A DNA stretch of 64,000 nucleotides, from positions 2,144,001 through 2,208,000 of the forward strand of contig JASGHJ010000002.1 of NCBI GenBank assembly GCA_047602405.1. Direction: 5' to 3'. This document shows positions 30,054 to 40,702 of this stretch, piece after piece; positions within the stretch are counted from its first letter, which is position 1; every line of letters begins with the position of its first letter. Made by a program: the position numbers and the translations under genes. The notes under the pieces are model-generated. The model searched no databases. It saw only the letters and a list, made by a program, of their open reading frames with translations, and was not told where the DNA came from. Source of the stretch: Anaeromyxobacteraceae bacterium. Lineage in GTDB: Bacteria > Myxococcota > Myxococcia > Myxococcales > Anaeromyxobacteraceae.

Positions 30054-31838
30054 TCACGCGGCCTCCGGCCTTCCGGGCGCGTCCGGCCAGGCGTACCGGA
30101 GCCGCTGCTGCTCCCGGTACGGGTAGATGTCGACGATCTCGCCGAGCCGCACCCGCTCCTGCATGCCCCGCCACCAGCCGGCCGAGAGGAGCTCGCCGTG
30201 CGCCTCGAGGAACACCTGGCGCAGCCGGCCGGGGAGCCCGAGGAACGGCAGGAACTCCTCCGGGAAGACGTCGTCCTTGCCGACGTAGAACGCCGGCTCC
30301 GAGGCGCCGCCCCAGCCGTAGAGGTCGTCGTCGTCGCCCCCGCCGGGCCCGCCGCCACCCGTGGGCATGTCGCGGAAGTTGCACTCGGTCACGCGGGCGA
30401 GCTCGTCGTAGTCGTAGAAGATGACGCGCCGGTTGCGGGTCACGCCGAAGTTCTTGAGCAAGAGGTCGCCGGGGAAGGTGTTCGTCGCGGCGAGGTCGCG
30501 GAGCGCCTGGCCGAAGTCGAGCACCGCCTGGCGCGCGGTCCACTCGTCGGCCTCGCGGATGAAGAGGTTGAGCGGCGTGAGCCGGCGCTCGGCGTAGAGG
30601 TGCTTGAGGCGCACGAGCCCGCCCCGCTCCTCGATCGAGCCCGCGCAGAGGCCGCGGAGCTCCTCGAGCACCTCCGGCGAGAAGCGCGCGAGCGGGAACT
30701 CGAGGTCCCGGAACTCCTGGGCGTCGACGAGGCGGCCGGCGCGGTCGTGGCGGAAGACGTGCCGGTACTTGTCCATGACCTCGCGCCGGGTGGTCTGCTT
30801 CGGCGGCGCGAAGACGTCCTTGATGACCTTGAAGACGAGCTCGAGCCCGGGGAGCGTGAACACGGTCATCACGAGGCCGCGGTCGCCGCGGGCGGGCACG
30901 AAGGCGTCGCCGCTCTCCTCGAGGTGGCGCACGAGCTCGCGGTACATCTCGGTCTTGCCGTGCTTCTCGAAGCCGATCGAGATGTAGAGCTCGGAGCGGC
31001 GCTTCTGCGGCAGGAGCGACGACAGGAAGCCCACGAGGTCGCGGGGCGAGGGCGCCTCCACGTGGAAGTAGCTCCGCGTGAAGCTGAAGACGATCGACAC
31101 GTCCTCGGGCGTGAAGAGCGCGGCGTCGAGCACGATGCCGCGGTCGCCGTGGACGAGCGCGAGGACGAGCGGGGTGGTGAACCGGCCGCGGCGGATCCGG
31201 CCGGCGAGGTAGGCGCCCTTCCCGCGGAAGAACACCGGGCCGGCCATCTCGACGGCGTCGATGGGCTGCCCGTCCCGGAGCTCGCGCAGGTGGGCGTCGA
31301 GCTCGATGGCGGCGAGCCGCGCATCGCGGGCGAGGTCCTCGTAGGGCACCCCGAAGCCGAACGCCTCCAGGATCTTCCGGAGGAGGGCGTCGGTCGTCAC
31401 CTCCCGGCGGAAGGTGCGGATCGGGAAGGAGGCCGTGCGCGGCGCCGGCGCGTCCATCGCGAGGAACTCGATGTCGCGATCGACGCCGACCGTCGCGAAC
31501 ACGCGGCGGGTGACCGAGTTGAAGAAGGTGAGCGCGATCTCGGCCGCGGGGAGCCCCTCCACCGCCGCGAGGTACCGGTCCTTGAGCCGGCGCCAGACCT
31601 CGCGGTCGTGGGCGGCCCCGCCGAGCTCGGCGCGGACCGCGCCCACGGTCTCGTTGACGATCCGCTCCCCGAGGTCGAGGCGCTCCCGGGCATCGTCCTG
31701 GGCCTCGGACCAGGCGCGTCGCTCGAAGCGCTCCCGCGCCCGGGCGGTGATGCGGCCGCGCTCGCCGATGAACACCTCGAAGCCGGCGCGGATCGCCTCG
31801 GTGCCGGCGCGGCTCAGATCGGCGGTGAGGTCGGCCAT
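30054..31838 (-). CDS. aceK: Isocitrate dehydrogenase kinase/phosphatase
   Basis: TFFNSV, FSFTRSYF, KHGKT, HDRAGRLVDAQEF, FPGDLLLKNFGVTR, FYDYDE. Confidence 0.95.
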   Translation of the reverse strand: MADLTADLSRAGTEAIRAGFEVFIGERGRITARARERFERRAWSEAQDDARERLDLGERIVNETVGAVRAELGGAAHDREVWRRLKDRYLAAVEGLPAAEIALTFFNSVTRRVFATVGVDRDIEFLAMDAPAPRTASFPIRTFRREVTTDALLRKILEAFGFGVPYEDLARDARLAAIELDAHLRELRDGQPIDAVEMAGPVFFRGKGAYLAGRIRRGRFTTPLVLALVHGDRGIVLDAALFTPEDVSIVFSFTRSYFHVEAPSPRDLVGFLSSLLPQKRRSELYISIGFEKHGKTEMYRELVRHLEESGDAFVPARGDRGLVMTVFTLPGLELVFKVIKDVFAPPKQTTRREVMDKYRHVFRHDRAGRLVDAQEFRDLEFPLARFSPEVLEELRGLCAGSIEERGGLVRLKHLYAERRLTPLNLFIREADEWTARQAVLDFGQALRDLAATNTFPGDLLLKNFGVTRNRRVIFYDYDELARVTECNFRDMPTGGGGPGGGDDDDLYGWGGASEPAFYVGKDDVFPEEFLPFLGLPGRLRQVFLEAHGELLSAGWWRGMQERVRLGEIVDIYPYREQQRLRYAWPDAPGRPEAA

Positions 31839-31895
31839 GAGGCCGGCATCATACCGCCTGCGCCGCCGGGGCGAGGCCGCTGCCTCGAGGCCCCC

Positions 31896-32969
31896 TCAGG
31901 CCGCGTCCCGGCCCGGCTCGGCGCGCGCGGTGGCCGCCGCCGGCTTCTCGAAGAGGTAGTGCGAGACGATCCACTCCCGCCCGCCCCGGTAGCCCCACAT
32001 CTCGGCGCAGGCCATGAAGAAGATCCGCCACATCGCGAGCCGCCGCGGCGCCTCGGCCTCGCCGTAGGTCCGGGCGAAGAGCGCGAGCACCTCGTCGCGG
32101 GCGGCGTCGAGGTTCCGGAGCCACGCCTCGCTCGTCCGCTGGTAGTGGTGCCCCGGCACGCGCCAGTGGCGCCCGATGCGCAGGTCCCGCTGGAAGTAGA
32201 GGAGCAGGTGGTCGGAGGGCATCTGGCCGCCGGTGAAGAAGTTCCGGGTCATCCAGTCGGAGGGGCCCTGGTCCTCGTACGGGTAGGCGTGGTCGCGGTG
32301 CGTGAAGATGTGGACGAAGAGCTTGCCGCCCGGCACGAGCCAGCGGGCCACCCGGGCCATCACCTCCTCGTAGTTCCGGAGGTGCTCGAACATCTCCACC
32401 GACACCACGCGGTCGAAGCGCTCGTCGGTGTCGAAGAAGCGGGCGTCGGCGGTGCGCACCTCCACGTTCGCGAGCCCGCGCTCCCGCGCCCGCGCCTCGA
32501 TGAAGCGCCGCTGGTCGCGCGAGTTCGAGACCGCGAGGATCCGCGCCCCCGGAAGGAGCGCCGCCATGTGGAGCGTGAGCGAGCCCCACCCGCAGCCGAG
32601 CTCGAGGATGCGCATCCCGTCCTCGAGCCCCGCGCGCTGCACGGTGAGGGCGAGCATGGCGTCCTCGGAGGAGGCGAGGTCGGCGCCCGGGCCGCTCCAG
32701 AGGCCGCACGAGTACTTGAGCCGGGGCCCGAGCACCTTCTCGAAGAACTCCGGCGGCACCTCGTAGTGCTGCTCGTTCGCGGCGTCGGTGTGCACGGCGA
32801 CCGGGCCGTGGCGGCAGGCGTCGACCCAGGCCATCACCCGCTCCTGCCAGGCGTCGGGCTCGCCGCGCCCCTCCTCGTCGAGGCGCGACTGGCAGATGCG
32901 GCGGATGCCCAGGCGGACGAGCGCGTCGGGCACGAGGCCGCGCTCCACGAGATCGAGGACGAGGGACAT
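31896..32969 (-). CDS. Cyclopropane-fatty-acyl-phospholipid synthase family SAM methyltransferase
   Basis: [40 protein letters not shown]. Confidence 0.9.
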   Translation of the reverse strand: MSLVLDLVERGLVPDALVRLGIRRICQSRLDEEGRGEPDAWQERVMAWVDACRHGPVAVHTDAANEQHYEVPPEFFEKVLGPRLKYSCGLWSGPGADLASSEDAMLALTVQRAGLEDGMRILELGCGWGSLTLHMAALLPGARILAVSNSRDQRRFIEARARERGLANVEVRTADARFFDTDERFDRVVSVEMFEHLRNYEEVMARVARWLVPGGKLFVHIFTHRDHAYPYEDQGPSDWMTRNFFTGGQMPSDHLLLYFQRDLRIGRHWRVPGHHYQRTSEAWLRNLDAARDEVLALFARTYGEAEAPRRLAMWRIFFMACAEMWGYRGGREWIVSHYLFEKPAAATARAEPGRDAA

Positions 32970-32972
32970 GGC

Positions 32973-33449
32973 TCAGGGCTCCCGGGTGCGGGGGACGGCG
33001 GGGAGGCGCTCGAGGAGCGCCCGGAGGACGGCGAAGAGGAGCAGCGTCGCGGGGACGGCGACCGTGGCCCACGCGCCGACCGCGCGGACGTTCGCCCAGG
33101 CGTACTTGCCCATCGTCCCCCACAGGTCGGCGGTGAGCTCCGCCTTGATACCCTCGACGGTGAGGCCGAGCGGCGGCGCGCCGAAGAGCCACGCGCCGGC
33201 CTGGAAGAACGGGATGTAGAGGAGGAGCTGGAGCGGGTACGCGGCGTAGTTCGCGACCTGGATGGCGGGCTGGTTGAGCCGGAGCGCCGCCGCGGCGAGC
33301 GCGCACGCGAGGGTCGTGAGGCCGAGCACCGGCAGCGTGCCGACCGTGAGCCCGAGCGCGAGGGCCAGGGCGAGCGCGGCCGGCGTCACGCCCTGGGTGA
33401 GCTGGCGGGCGATCGGGTCGACGAGCCGGGCCTTGAGGAACGCCTTCAC
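32973..33449 (-). CDS. DUF2062 family membrane protein
   Basis: QGVTPAALA, PVLGLTT, LRLNQPAIQVANY. Confidence 0.75.
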   Translation of the reverse strand: MKAFLKARLVDPIARQLTQGVTPAALALALALGLTVGTLPVLGLTTLACALAAAALRLNQPAIQVANYAAYPLQLLLYIPFFQAGAWLFGAPPLGLTVEGIKAELTADLWGTMGKYAWANVRAVGAWATVAVPATLLLFAVLRALLERLPAVPRTREP

Positions 33450-33547
33450 GCCTGCTCCATAACGCCGGAGCCGGCCCTGGACAACCATTGGACGCACCCT
33501 GGACGGGCCATGATTTCCAGCCTGGCTCCCCGTACATCCCTCCCGCC

Positions 33548-34363
33548 ATGACCGGGCTCCCCATCGCCCTCGCCGCCTCTTCCGCGCTCATCCTGGCCGC
33601 GATGCTCGTCCTGTGGTTCGTGTCGCTGCGCCTGAAGGATGCGTCGATCGTCGACGCCTTCTGGGGCACGGGCTTCGTGCTCGCGGCCTGGGCCGCCGCC
33701 CTCGCCGCCGGGGCGCTCGAGCCCGCCCGCCCGCGCGCGCTCCTCGCGCTCGCGCTCGTCACGCTGTGGGGGCTCCGGCTCACCTGGCACATCCACCGCC
33801 GGAACGCCGGACACGGCGAGGACCGCCGCTACCAGGCCATGCGCGCCCGCCACGGCGATCGGTTCGGCCTCGTGTCGCTCGGCACCGTGTTCCTCTTGCA
33901 GGGCGCGCTCGTCATCCTCGTCTCGCTGCCGCTCCAGGCGGCGATCGCGGCACCCGCCTCGCCGCTCGGCGCGCTCGACCTCCTCGGCGCGGTGGTGTTC
34001 CTCGCCGGCTTCCTCTTCGAGGCGATCGGCGACGCGCAGCTCGACCGCTTCAAGGCCGAGCCCGGGAACCGCGGCAGGGTGATGGACCGCGGGCTCTGGC
34101 GCTACACGCGCCACCCGAACTACTTCGGCGACGCGCTCCTGTGGTGGGGGTTCGGGCTCCTCGGCGTCGCCGCGGGCGCGCCGTGGACGCTCGTCTCGCC
34201 GGCGGTGATGACCTGGCTCCTCCTGCGCGTCTCGGGTGTCGCCCTCCTCGAGCAGGACATCGGCGAGCGGCGGCCCGCCTACCGCGACTACGTCGAGCGC
34301 ACGAGCGCGTTCGTGCCGTGGTTCCCGCGCGCGCCGCGCGCCGGGGCGGAGGGGCGCCCGTGA
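33548..34363 (+). CDS. DUF1295 (steroid 5-alpha-reductase-like) membrane protein
   Basis: IVDAFWG, GEDRRY, GLWRYTRHPNYFG. Confidence 0.88.
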   Translation: MTGLPIALAASSALILAAMLVLWFVSLRLKDASIVDAFWGTGFVLAAWAAALAAGALEPARPRALLALALVTLWGLRLTWHIHRRNAGHGEDRRYQAMRARHGDRFGLVSLGTVFLLQGALVILVSLPLQAAIAAPASPLGALDLLGAVVFLAGFLFEAIGDAQLDRFKAEPGNRGRVMDRGLWRYTRHPNYFGDALLWWGFGLLGVAAGAPWTLVSPAVMTWLLLRVSGVALLEQDIGERRPAYRDYVERTSAFVPWFPRAPRAGAEGRP

Positions 34364-34995
34364 ACCTGCCCGCCCTCCTCCTCGGCCTCGCCGCCGTGGC
34401 TGGCAACGTGCTCGGCGTCTGGTTCCTGCGGGAGGTCCCCTCCCCCTATCGCCCCGGCGACGTCGCCGCGTGGCTCGCCGGCACGCACGCGCACCCCGGC
34501 GCGACGCTCGCCTCCGCGTGGTCGTTCGTCCTCGGGCTCGCCGCGCTCGCCGCCTTCGCCTCGGTGATGACCTCCGCGACGCGCCCGGAGCGCCCGGCGC
34601 TCGCGCGCGCGGGCTGGGCGCTCGTCGGGTACGGCGCGCTGCTCAACGCCGCGGGCTGCGTGACACCCGCGGTGGTCGCGGGCTTCGTCGCCCCGCCGCC
34701 CGACGCCGCCGGCGCCGCGGTCGGGAAGGCGCTCCTCGCCGTCACGCTGCACCTCGACGCCGCGTTCAACCTGCTGCTCGGCCTCGGCCTCATCGCCGTG
34801 AACGCCGGCCTCGGCCGGGCGTCGGGCTGGCCGCTCTGGCTCCGGCTCCTCGGCGTCGCGGCCGGGCTCGCGAGCCTGCCGGTGTTCCTGCAGTGGCGGG
34901 CGGACGCCTGGGCGGACCTGCTCGCGATCTCGGGACCGCTCTGGCTCGCGTGGCTCGTGATCGTCAGCGTGCGGGCTGGTCGCGGGCGGACCTGA
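34360..34995 (+). CDS. Hypothetical multi-TM protein
   Basis: GTGA overlap with DUF1295 gene; hydrophobic helices. Confidence 0.7.
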   Translation: MNLPALLLGLAAVAGNVLGVWFLREVPSPYRPGDVAAWLAGTHAHPGATLASAWSFVLGLAALAAFASVMTSATRPERPALARAGWALVGYGALLNAAGCVTPAVVAGFVAPPPDAAGAAVGKALLAVTLHLDAAFNLLLGLGLIAVNAGLGRASGWPLWLRLLGVAAGLASLPVFLQWRADAWADLLAISGPLWLAWLVIVSVRAGRGRT

Positions 34996-35064
34996 CGGGG
35001 CGGGCGCCTCGCGGCGCACGGCCTTATACAGGCGGCGCACCTCGACCCCCCGCAAGGAGGTTCC

Positions 35065-37753
35065 ATGGCCCCGTCTTCGTCCGCCCGGCTGCGTCCCGTC
35101 GCGCTCGCGCTCGCGGCCCTGCTGTTCGTTCCCGCACTCGCACACGCCGAGCTGCCCCCGCTCCTCGACCGCGAGATCTTCTTCGGCAACCCGGAGATCG
35201 CCGGCGCGACGCTCTCGCCGGACGGGAAGTACATCGCCTTCCTGAAGCCGTGGAAGGACGTGCGGAACGTCTGGGTCAAGAAGGTGGGCGAACCCTACGA
35301 GAAGGGCCGGCTCGTGACCGCCGACCCGAAGCGGCCGATCCCGGGCTTCTTCTGGACGCGGGACGGCAAGCAGAATCCTCTTCGTCCAGGACCACGACGG
35401 CGACGAGAACTACAACGTCTGGGCGGTGGACCCGGCCGCGGCCGCGGAGCCCGGCAAGGAGGCGCCGCCCGCGCGGAACCTCACCGACGCGAAGGGCGCG
35501 CGCGCGATCGTCTACGACCTCCCGAAGCGGTCCCCCGACGTCCTCTGGGTGGGCCTCAACGACCGCGACCCGGCCTGGCACGACCTCTACCGGGTGGACA
35601 TCTCGACCGGGAAGCGCACCCTCGTCCGCAAGAACACCGAGCGGATCGCGGGCTGGGTCTTCGACAACGCCGGCGCGCTGCGGCTCGCCGAGCGGACCAC
35701 CGAGCGGGGCGACACCGAGGTGCTGAAGGTCGACGGCGACGCCCTCACCCCCCTGTACACGTGCACGGTGTTCGAGAGCTGCGGGCCGGTCCGCTTCGAG
35801 CCGGGCGACCGCCGCCTGTACCTCGAGACCAACAAGGGCGAGCCGGACCTCGTGCGCCTCGTGCTCCTCGACCCGGCCACCGGGAAGGAGACGCTGGTCG
35901 AGTCGGATCCCGAGAAGCGGGTGGACTTCGGCCGGGCGATCTTCTCGGAGAAGACGGACGCGCTCGTCGCGACGGTCTACGACGACGACCGGGCCCGCTG
36001 GCGCTTCCACGACCGGGCCTTCGAGGCCGACTTCAAGTTCCTGCAGGCGAAGCTCCCGGGGAAGGAGCTCAACCTCGGCTCGTCCACCCGGGACGACGCG
36101 CGCTGGATCGTGTCCGCCTACGGCGACACCGACCCCGGCACGGTCTACCTGTTCGACCGCAAGGCGCGGAAGCTCACCCTCGAGTACGTCTCGCGCGAGA
36201 AGCTGCCGCGCGCCGACATGGCCGAGGCGAAGGCGATCCGGTACCCGTCGTCGGACGGCCTCTCGATCCCCGCCTTCCTCACGTTGCCGCGGGGCGTGCC
36301 CGCGAAGGACCTCCCGCTCGTGCTGCTCCCGCACGGCGGCCCGTGGGCGCGCACGAGCTACGCCTTCTGGAACCTCCCCCAGTTCCTCGCGAACCGCGGG
36401 TACGCCGTCCTGCAGCCCAACTTCCGCGGCTCCACCGGCTACGGGAAGAAGTTCCTGAACGCCGGCAACCGCCAGTGGGGCGACCTCATGCAGGACGACC
36501 TGACCTGGGGCGTGAAGGCGCTCGTCGCCCAGGGCATCGCCGACCCGAAGCGCGTCGCGATCATGGGCGGCTCGTACGGCGGCTACGCCACGCTCGCCGG
36601 CGTCGCGTTCACCCCCGAGCTCTACGCGGCCGCGGTCTCCATCGTCGGGCCCTCGAACCTCATCACCCTCCTCGAGACCATCCCGCCCTACTGGGAGTCG
36701 GGGCGCGTGATCTTCCACGAGCGGATGGGCAACCCGAACACGCCCGAGGGGAAGAAGCAGCTCGAGCGCCAGTCGCCGCTCAACTCGGCCGCGCGCATCA
36801 AGACGCCGCTCCTCGTCGTGCAGGGCGCGAACGACCCGCGCGTGAAGAAGGCCGAGTCGGAGCAGATCGTCGTCGCGCTGCGCGACCGCGGGTTCCCGGT
36901 GGGCTACCTCCTCGCGCCCGACGAGGGCCACGGCTTCCAGCGTCCCGTGAACAACCTCGCGCTGTACGCCGCGGCCGAGGCGTTCCTCGCGAAGCACGTC
37001 GGCGGGCGCTTCCAGGAGGGCGGCACGCCCGAGACGCTCGAGCGCCTGAAGGTGCTCACCGTGGACCCGAAGACGGTGGTCCTCGCGAAGGCCGTGGACG
37101 CCAGCGCGGTCGGCGCGCCGAAGCCGGTCGCCGGGCTCACCGCCGGCACCTACCGGTACGCCGGCGCCATCCAGGCCGGGCAGCAGTCGATGCCGGTGAG
37201 CGGCGTGAACGTCGTCACCGAGGAGCCGACCACGTTCACGGTCAGCTACGCGATGAAGCTCCCGCAGGGCGAGGCGAAGGACGTGGTGGTGGTCGACAAG
37301 GCCACGCTCCAGCCGCTCCGGCGCACGGTGCAGCAGGGCCCGGTCTCGATGGACCTCGCGTTCAAGGACGGCAAGGTCACCGGGACCGTCGCCATGGGTG
37401 GCCCGCCGAAGGCGGTGGACGCCGCCGCCGGCGGGCCGCTCTTCGCCGACGGCTCGGCGGCGTGGGACTCGCTCGCGCACCTCCCGCTCGCCGAGGGGTA
37501 CAGCGTCGTCTACCGCAACTTCGACGTGCAGAAGCAGAAGCCGCAGCTGAAGAAGCTCGCGGTCGCGGGCACCGAGGAGCTCCAGGTGCCGGCGGGGCGG
37601 TTCCAGACCTGGAAGGTGGAGGTCACCTCCGCGGAGGGCGAGCCGGGCGCGACGACCGTCTGGGTCGACCGCGCCACGCGCAAGGTGGTGAAGACCTCGT
37701 CGGTGCTCCCGCAGATGGGCGGCGCGGTCTTCTCGACCGAGCTGCAGCCTTAG
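35065..37753 (+). CDS. S9 family (prolyl oligopeptidase/acylaminoacyl peptidase) with C-terminal extension (apparent +1 frameshift at ~35374)
   Basis: AGGAGG RBS, signal peptide, PHGGPW, GGSYGG, QGANDPRV, DEGHGF. Confidence 0.9.
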
Positions 37754-37862
37754 CAGGTTGTTGGAGAAGTCGGCCTCGGCCGCCCCTCGTCTCCGCCGGC
37801 GCTTCGCGGCGGCTACGCTCGGGGCGAGCGGACCCTGGATCGGGCCTTCTTCAACAACCTGC
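37753..37862. mobile_element. 110-bp MITE-like element containing a REP copy (37780-37831, minus strand)
   Basis: GCAGGTTGTTGGAGAAG / CTTCTTCAACAACCTGC inverted repeats (16/17 match). Confidence 0.65.
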
Positions 37863-37903
37863 CTTGGAGCCGGGCGCGCTCCGACCGCCGGGCGCGCGGC
37901 GCG

Positions 37904-39115
37904 TCAGGCGTCGCCGCCCGACGGCACGAGGGCGCGCCAGTGCAGCAGCGCGGGGCCGGAGAGCGCGAACGGCATGAGCACCACGCCGAAGCGCGGGCCC
38001 TCGGCCCAGCAGAGCAGCACCCGCGCGTGGAAGGTGAAGGGGCGCGGCGAGAGCGCCTCCACCTCGACGAGGATGCCCTCGGGCAGCGGCACCGTCCCGC
38101 GCGCGTGCAGCTGGTGCGGGCCGAAGCCGGTCGCCTCGAAGTCGCCGCCGCCGATGTGCAGGTAGACCCGGCGCTCGCCCGCCGGCTGGGTGGGCACGTG
38201 CGACGGCCCCTCGAGCCAGCCGTGCTCGTCCGGGAGCGCGGGCTGCTCGAGCGAGGCCACGAACGACGGCAGCGCCTGGAGCGTGCGCTCGAGCGCGTCG
38301 GTGTCGGCCTCGGAGAGCTTCGTGAGCGCGGCCACCTCGGCGGGCCCGAGCGACGCGCGCTCCGAGAGGAGCCCCACCAGCGGATCGACCGTCCGCACGA
38401 GCTCGAGGAGCTCCGGCTCGCGCACGACCTTCGCGGCGTCGGAGTCCGGCGCGGCGTGGTGGTGGGCGATCACCTCGGCCACCACCTCCGGGAGCTGCCA
38501 GCGGGACGCGAGGACCTGGCCGATGTCGACGTGGTAGCGGTCCACCACCGCGCCCCAGAACGAGGCGGGCATGGCCCGCGCCGGCCGGGACCCCGCGGCG
38601 ATCCGCTCGATGGCCGCGATGGCGACGATCTTGCCGAAGTCGTGCAGGAGCCCGCAGGTGAAGGCGTCGTCGGCGGACACCTTGCGCACCCGCGCGAGGT
38701 CGCGGCACATCACGGCGGAGGCGAGCGCGTCGTGCCAGGCCCGCCGCCGGAGCGGCGCGAGCGGCCCCTTCGCCCCGGCGAAAGGCCCGAGCCCGAGCGC
38801 GAGCCCCAGGCGCGAGAGCTCCTCGGCGCCGATCCGCGCGGCCGCCGCCGGGAGGGAGGCGACCGGGGTGCCCCGCTGGTAGAGGGACGAGTTCGCGACG
38901 CGCAGGAGCTCGGCGGCGAGGGCCTGGTCGGTGCCGACGAGCCGGGCGAGCTCGTCGAGGCCGTAGTCGCCGCCGCGCACGAGGCGCGCGATGCGGAGCG
39001 CGACGGCCGGGTAAGGGGGCAGCTCGACCGCGTCGCGCGAGACGAGGTCGGCCATCGCCGTGTCGAGGTCGGTCTCGCTGCCGAACTCCGCGGCGCTGGC
39101 GCCCCCCGGGGTCAC
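37904..39115 (-). CDS. HDOD domain protein with C-terminal PilZ-like domain
   Basis: LPPYPAVA, DQALAAELLRVANS, GLLHDFGK, W.LP...HH. Confidence 0.85.
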   Translation of the reverse strand: MTPGGASAAEFGSETDLDTAMADLVSRDAVELPPYPAVALRIARLVRGGDYGLDELARLVGTDQALAAELLRVANSSLYQRGTPVASLPAAAARIGAEELSRLGLALGLGPFAGAKGPLAPLRRRAWHDALASAVMCRDLARVRKVSADDAFTCGLLHDFGKIVAIAAIERIAAGSRPARAMPASFWGAVVDRYHVDIGQVLASRWQLPEVVAEVIAHHHAAPDSDAAKVVREPELLELVRTVDPLVGLLSERASLGPAEVAALTKLSEADTDALERTLQALPSFVASLEQPALPDEHGWLEGPSHVPTQPAGERRVYLHIGGGDFEATGFGPHQLHARGTVPLPEGILVEVEALSPRPFTFHARVLLCWAEGPRFGVVLMPFALSGPALLHWRALVPSGGDA

Positions 39116-40293
39116 GCGGCCTCGCCCTCCGCGACGAGCGCCTTCCAGCGCCGGAGCGCCTCGCCGGTCAGGGCGTACGGCTGCACGAGCAGGGTCGCGC
39201 CGTCGCCCTCGGGCCAGGAGAGCTTCACGCTCGCGAAGCCCTCGAGCGGCGGGCTGCAGCCGACCTTCATGTGGAGGAGCATGTTCTCGGGCGCGGTGGT
39301 CGCCCCGGAGAGCATGATGTGCGTCGAGGCGACGCCGAGGATGCGGTAGGGCTGCTCGCGGCCGCCGAGGGCGAGCGTCACCGGGTACGAGGGCGGGGCC
39401 GGGGCCTCGCGGCGGACCGGGGCCTCGTGCGCGACCATCGTCTCGGCGGGCGCGCTCCACGCCTCGGCCGACTCGAACGACGCGACGAACGCCGGCAGGC
39501 CGTGCAGCGCGGCCACGACCACGTCGTGCTCCGCGGAGGCGAGCAGCGACGCGAGCCCGAGGTCCTCGGCCGGGAGCGCCACGCGGTCGCCGAGGAGCGC
39601 GACGACCTGGTCGGTCGCGGCGACGAGATCGACCAGGGCGGCGTCGGCCGCGGCCGCGGAGTCCCCGTGGTGGAGCGAGATGACGTCGGCGAGGAGCGGC
39701 GGCAGATCCCAGCGGGCCGCCATCACGATGCCGAGCTCGACGTGGTAGCGGTCGACCACCGCGTCCCACTCCTTCTCGGTCCGCGGCGGGAGGTCGGGGA
39801 CGCGCTCGACGATCTCCTCGATGCAGGCGATCGCCACCACCCGCCCGAAGTCGTGCAGGAGCCCCGCCGCGAAGGCGACGTCCGGCGCGAGCTTGCGCTT
39901 CGGCGCGATGGCCTGGGCGAGGAGCCCGGAGGCGAGCGCGTCGAGCCAGGCCCGGCGCCGCAGGCTCGCGAGCTTGCCGGCGGCGGTCGCGTGCGCCCCG
40001 AGCCCGGAGGCGAGCGCGAGCTTCGCGACGTCCTTCGCCCCGACCCGGGCCACCGCCTGCTTCACGGAGGTGGAGGTCGAGCCGCGCGAGTAGACGGCGG
40101 AGTTGGCGCAGCGGAGCACGTCCGCCGCGAGCACCTGGTCGGACGAGACGAGGCGGGCGAGGTCGTCCACGCCGTAGTCGCCCGTGCGCAGGAGCGCCTC
40201 GATGCGGAACGCGACGGCGGGGTACGGCGGCACCTTCACGGCGCCGCGCGAGACGAGGTCGACGATGGCCTGATCGAGGTCGAACGCGGGCAT
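39112..40293 (-). CDS. HDOD domain protein with C-terminal PilZ-like domain (paralog of the neighbour)
   Basis: VPPYPAVA, DQVLAADVLRCANS, GLLHDFGR. Confidence 0.85.
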   Translation of the reverse strand: MPAFDLDQAIVDLVSRGAVKVPPYPAVAFRIEALLRTGDYGVDDLARLVSSDQVLAADVLRCANSAVYSRGSTSTSVKQAVARVGAKDVAKLALASGLGAHATAAGKLASLRRRAWLDALASGLLAQAIAPKRKLAPDVAFAAGLLHDFGRVVAIACIEEIVERVPDLPPRTEKEWDAVVDRYHVELGIVMAARWDLPPLLADVISLHHGDSAAAADAALVDLVAATDQVVALLGDRVALPAEDLGLASLLASAEHDVVVAALHGLPAFVASFESAEAWSAPAETMVAHEAPVRREAPAPPSYPVTLALGGREQPYRILGVASTHIMLSGATTAPENMLLHMKVGCSPPLEGFASVKLSWPEGDGATLLVQPYALTGEALRRWKALVAEGEAA

Positions 40294-40393
40294 ATCCCGG
40301 CGCGAACATATCAGATCGTGCCCGCCGACCCGGCGCCCGCGGCGGCGGTCGCGCGCATCCCGCGCACACGGGACAGGCCTCGCGTACCCCCGC

Positions 40394-40660
40394 TCACCGG
40401 AGATCCTCGAGCAGCTCGGCCACCACGCGGTCCGCGGCCGTGGCGCCGAGCAGCGTCCGCAGCATCGGACGGAGCGCCTCGACCAGCCGCGGAGCGTCGG
40501 CGCTCACGACGGCCTCAGGCTTCTGCCCGAGCGCACGATCCGCGAACGAACGGACGGCCGTCCGCGCGGTGTTCGGGCCGAGGTAAGCCGAGAGCCGCGC
40601 GGCGATGCGATCCGCAGGGGTCACGGGGGGATCCAAGCGCTCCGAAGCTACCCTCGCCAT
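40394..40660 (-). CDS. Small helical hypothetical protein
   Basis: 88-aa ORF, LSAYLGPNTARTAV...LRPMLRTLLG. Confidence 0.65.
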   Translation of the reverse strand: MARVASERLDPPVTPADRIAARLSAYLGPNTARTAVRSFADRALGQKPEAVVSADAPRLVEALRPMLRTLLGATAADRVVAELLEDLR

Positions 40661-40702
40661 GGGCCGGTGGGCAAGCGCGGCGGTGCGGGGAAGCGCCGCG
40701 GG

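Noticed and set aside
35065..37753. Split S9 peptidase (and five similar split genes) as phase variation
   Set aside because: No homopolymer or repeat tract at the breaks; all share the GATC to GAWTC pattern typical of a systematic error.
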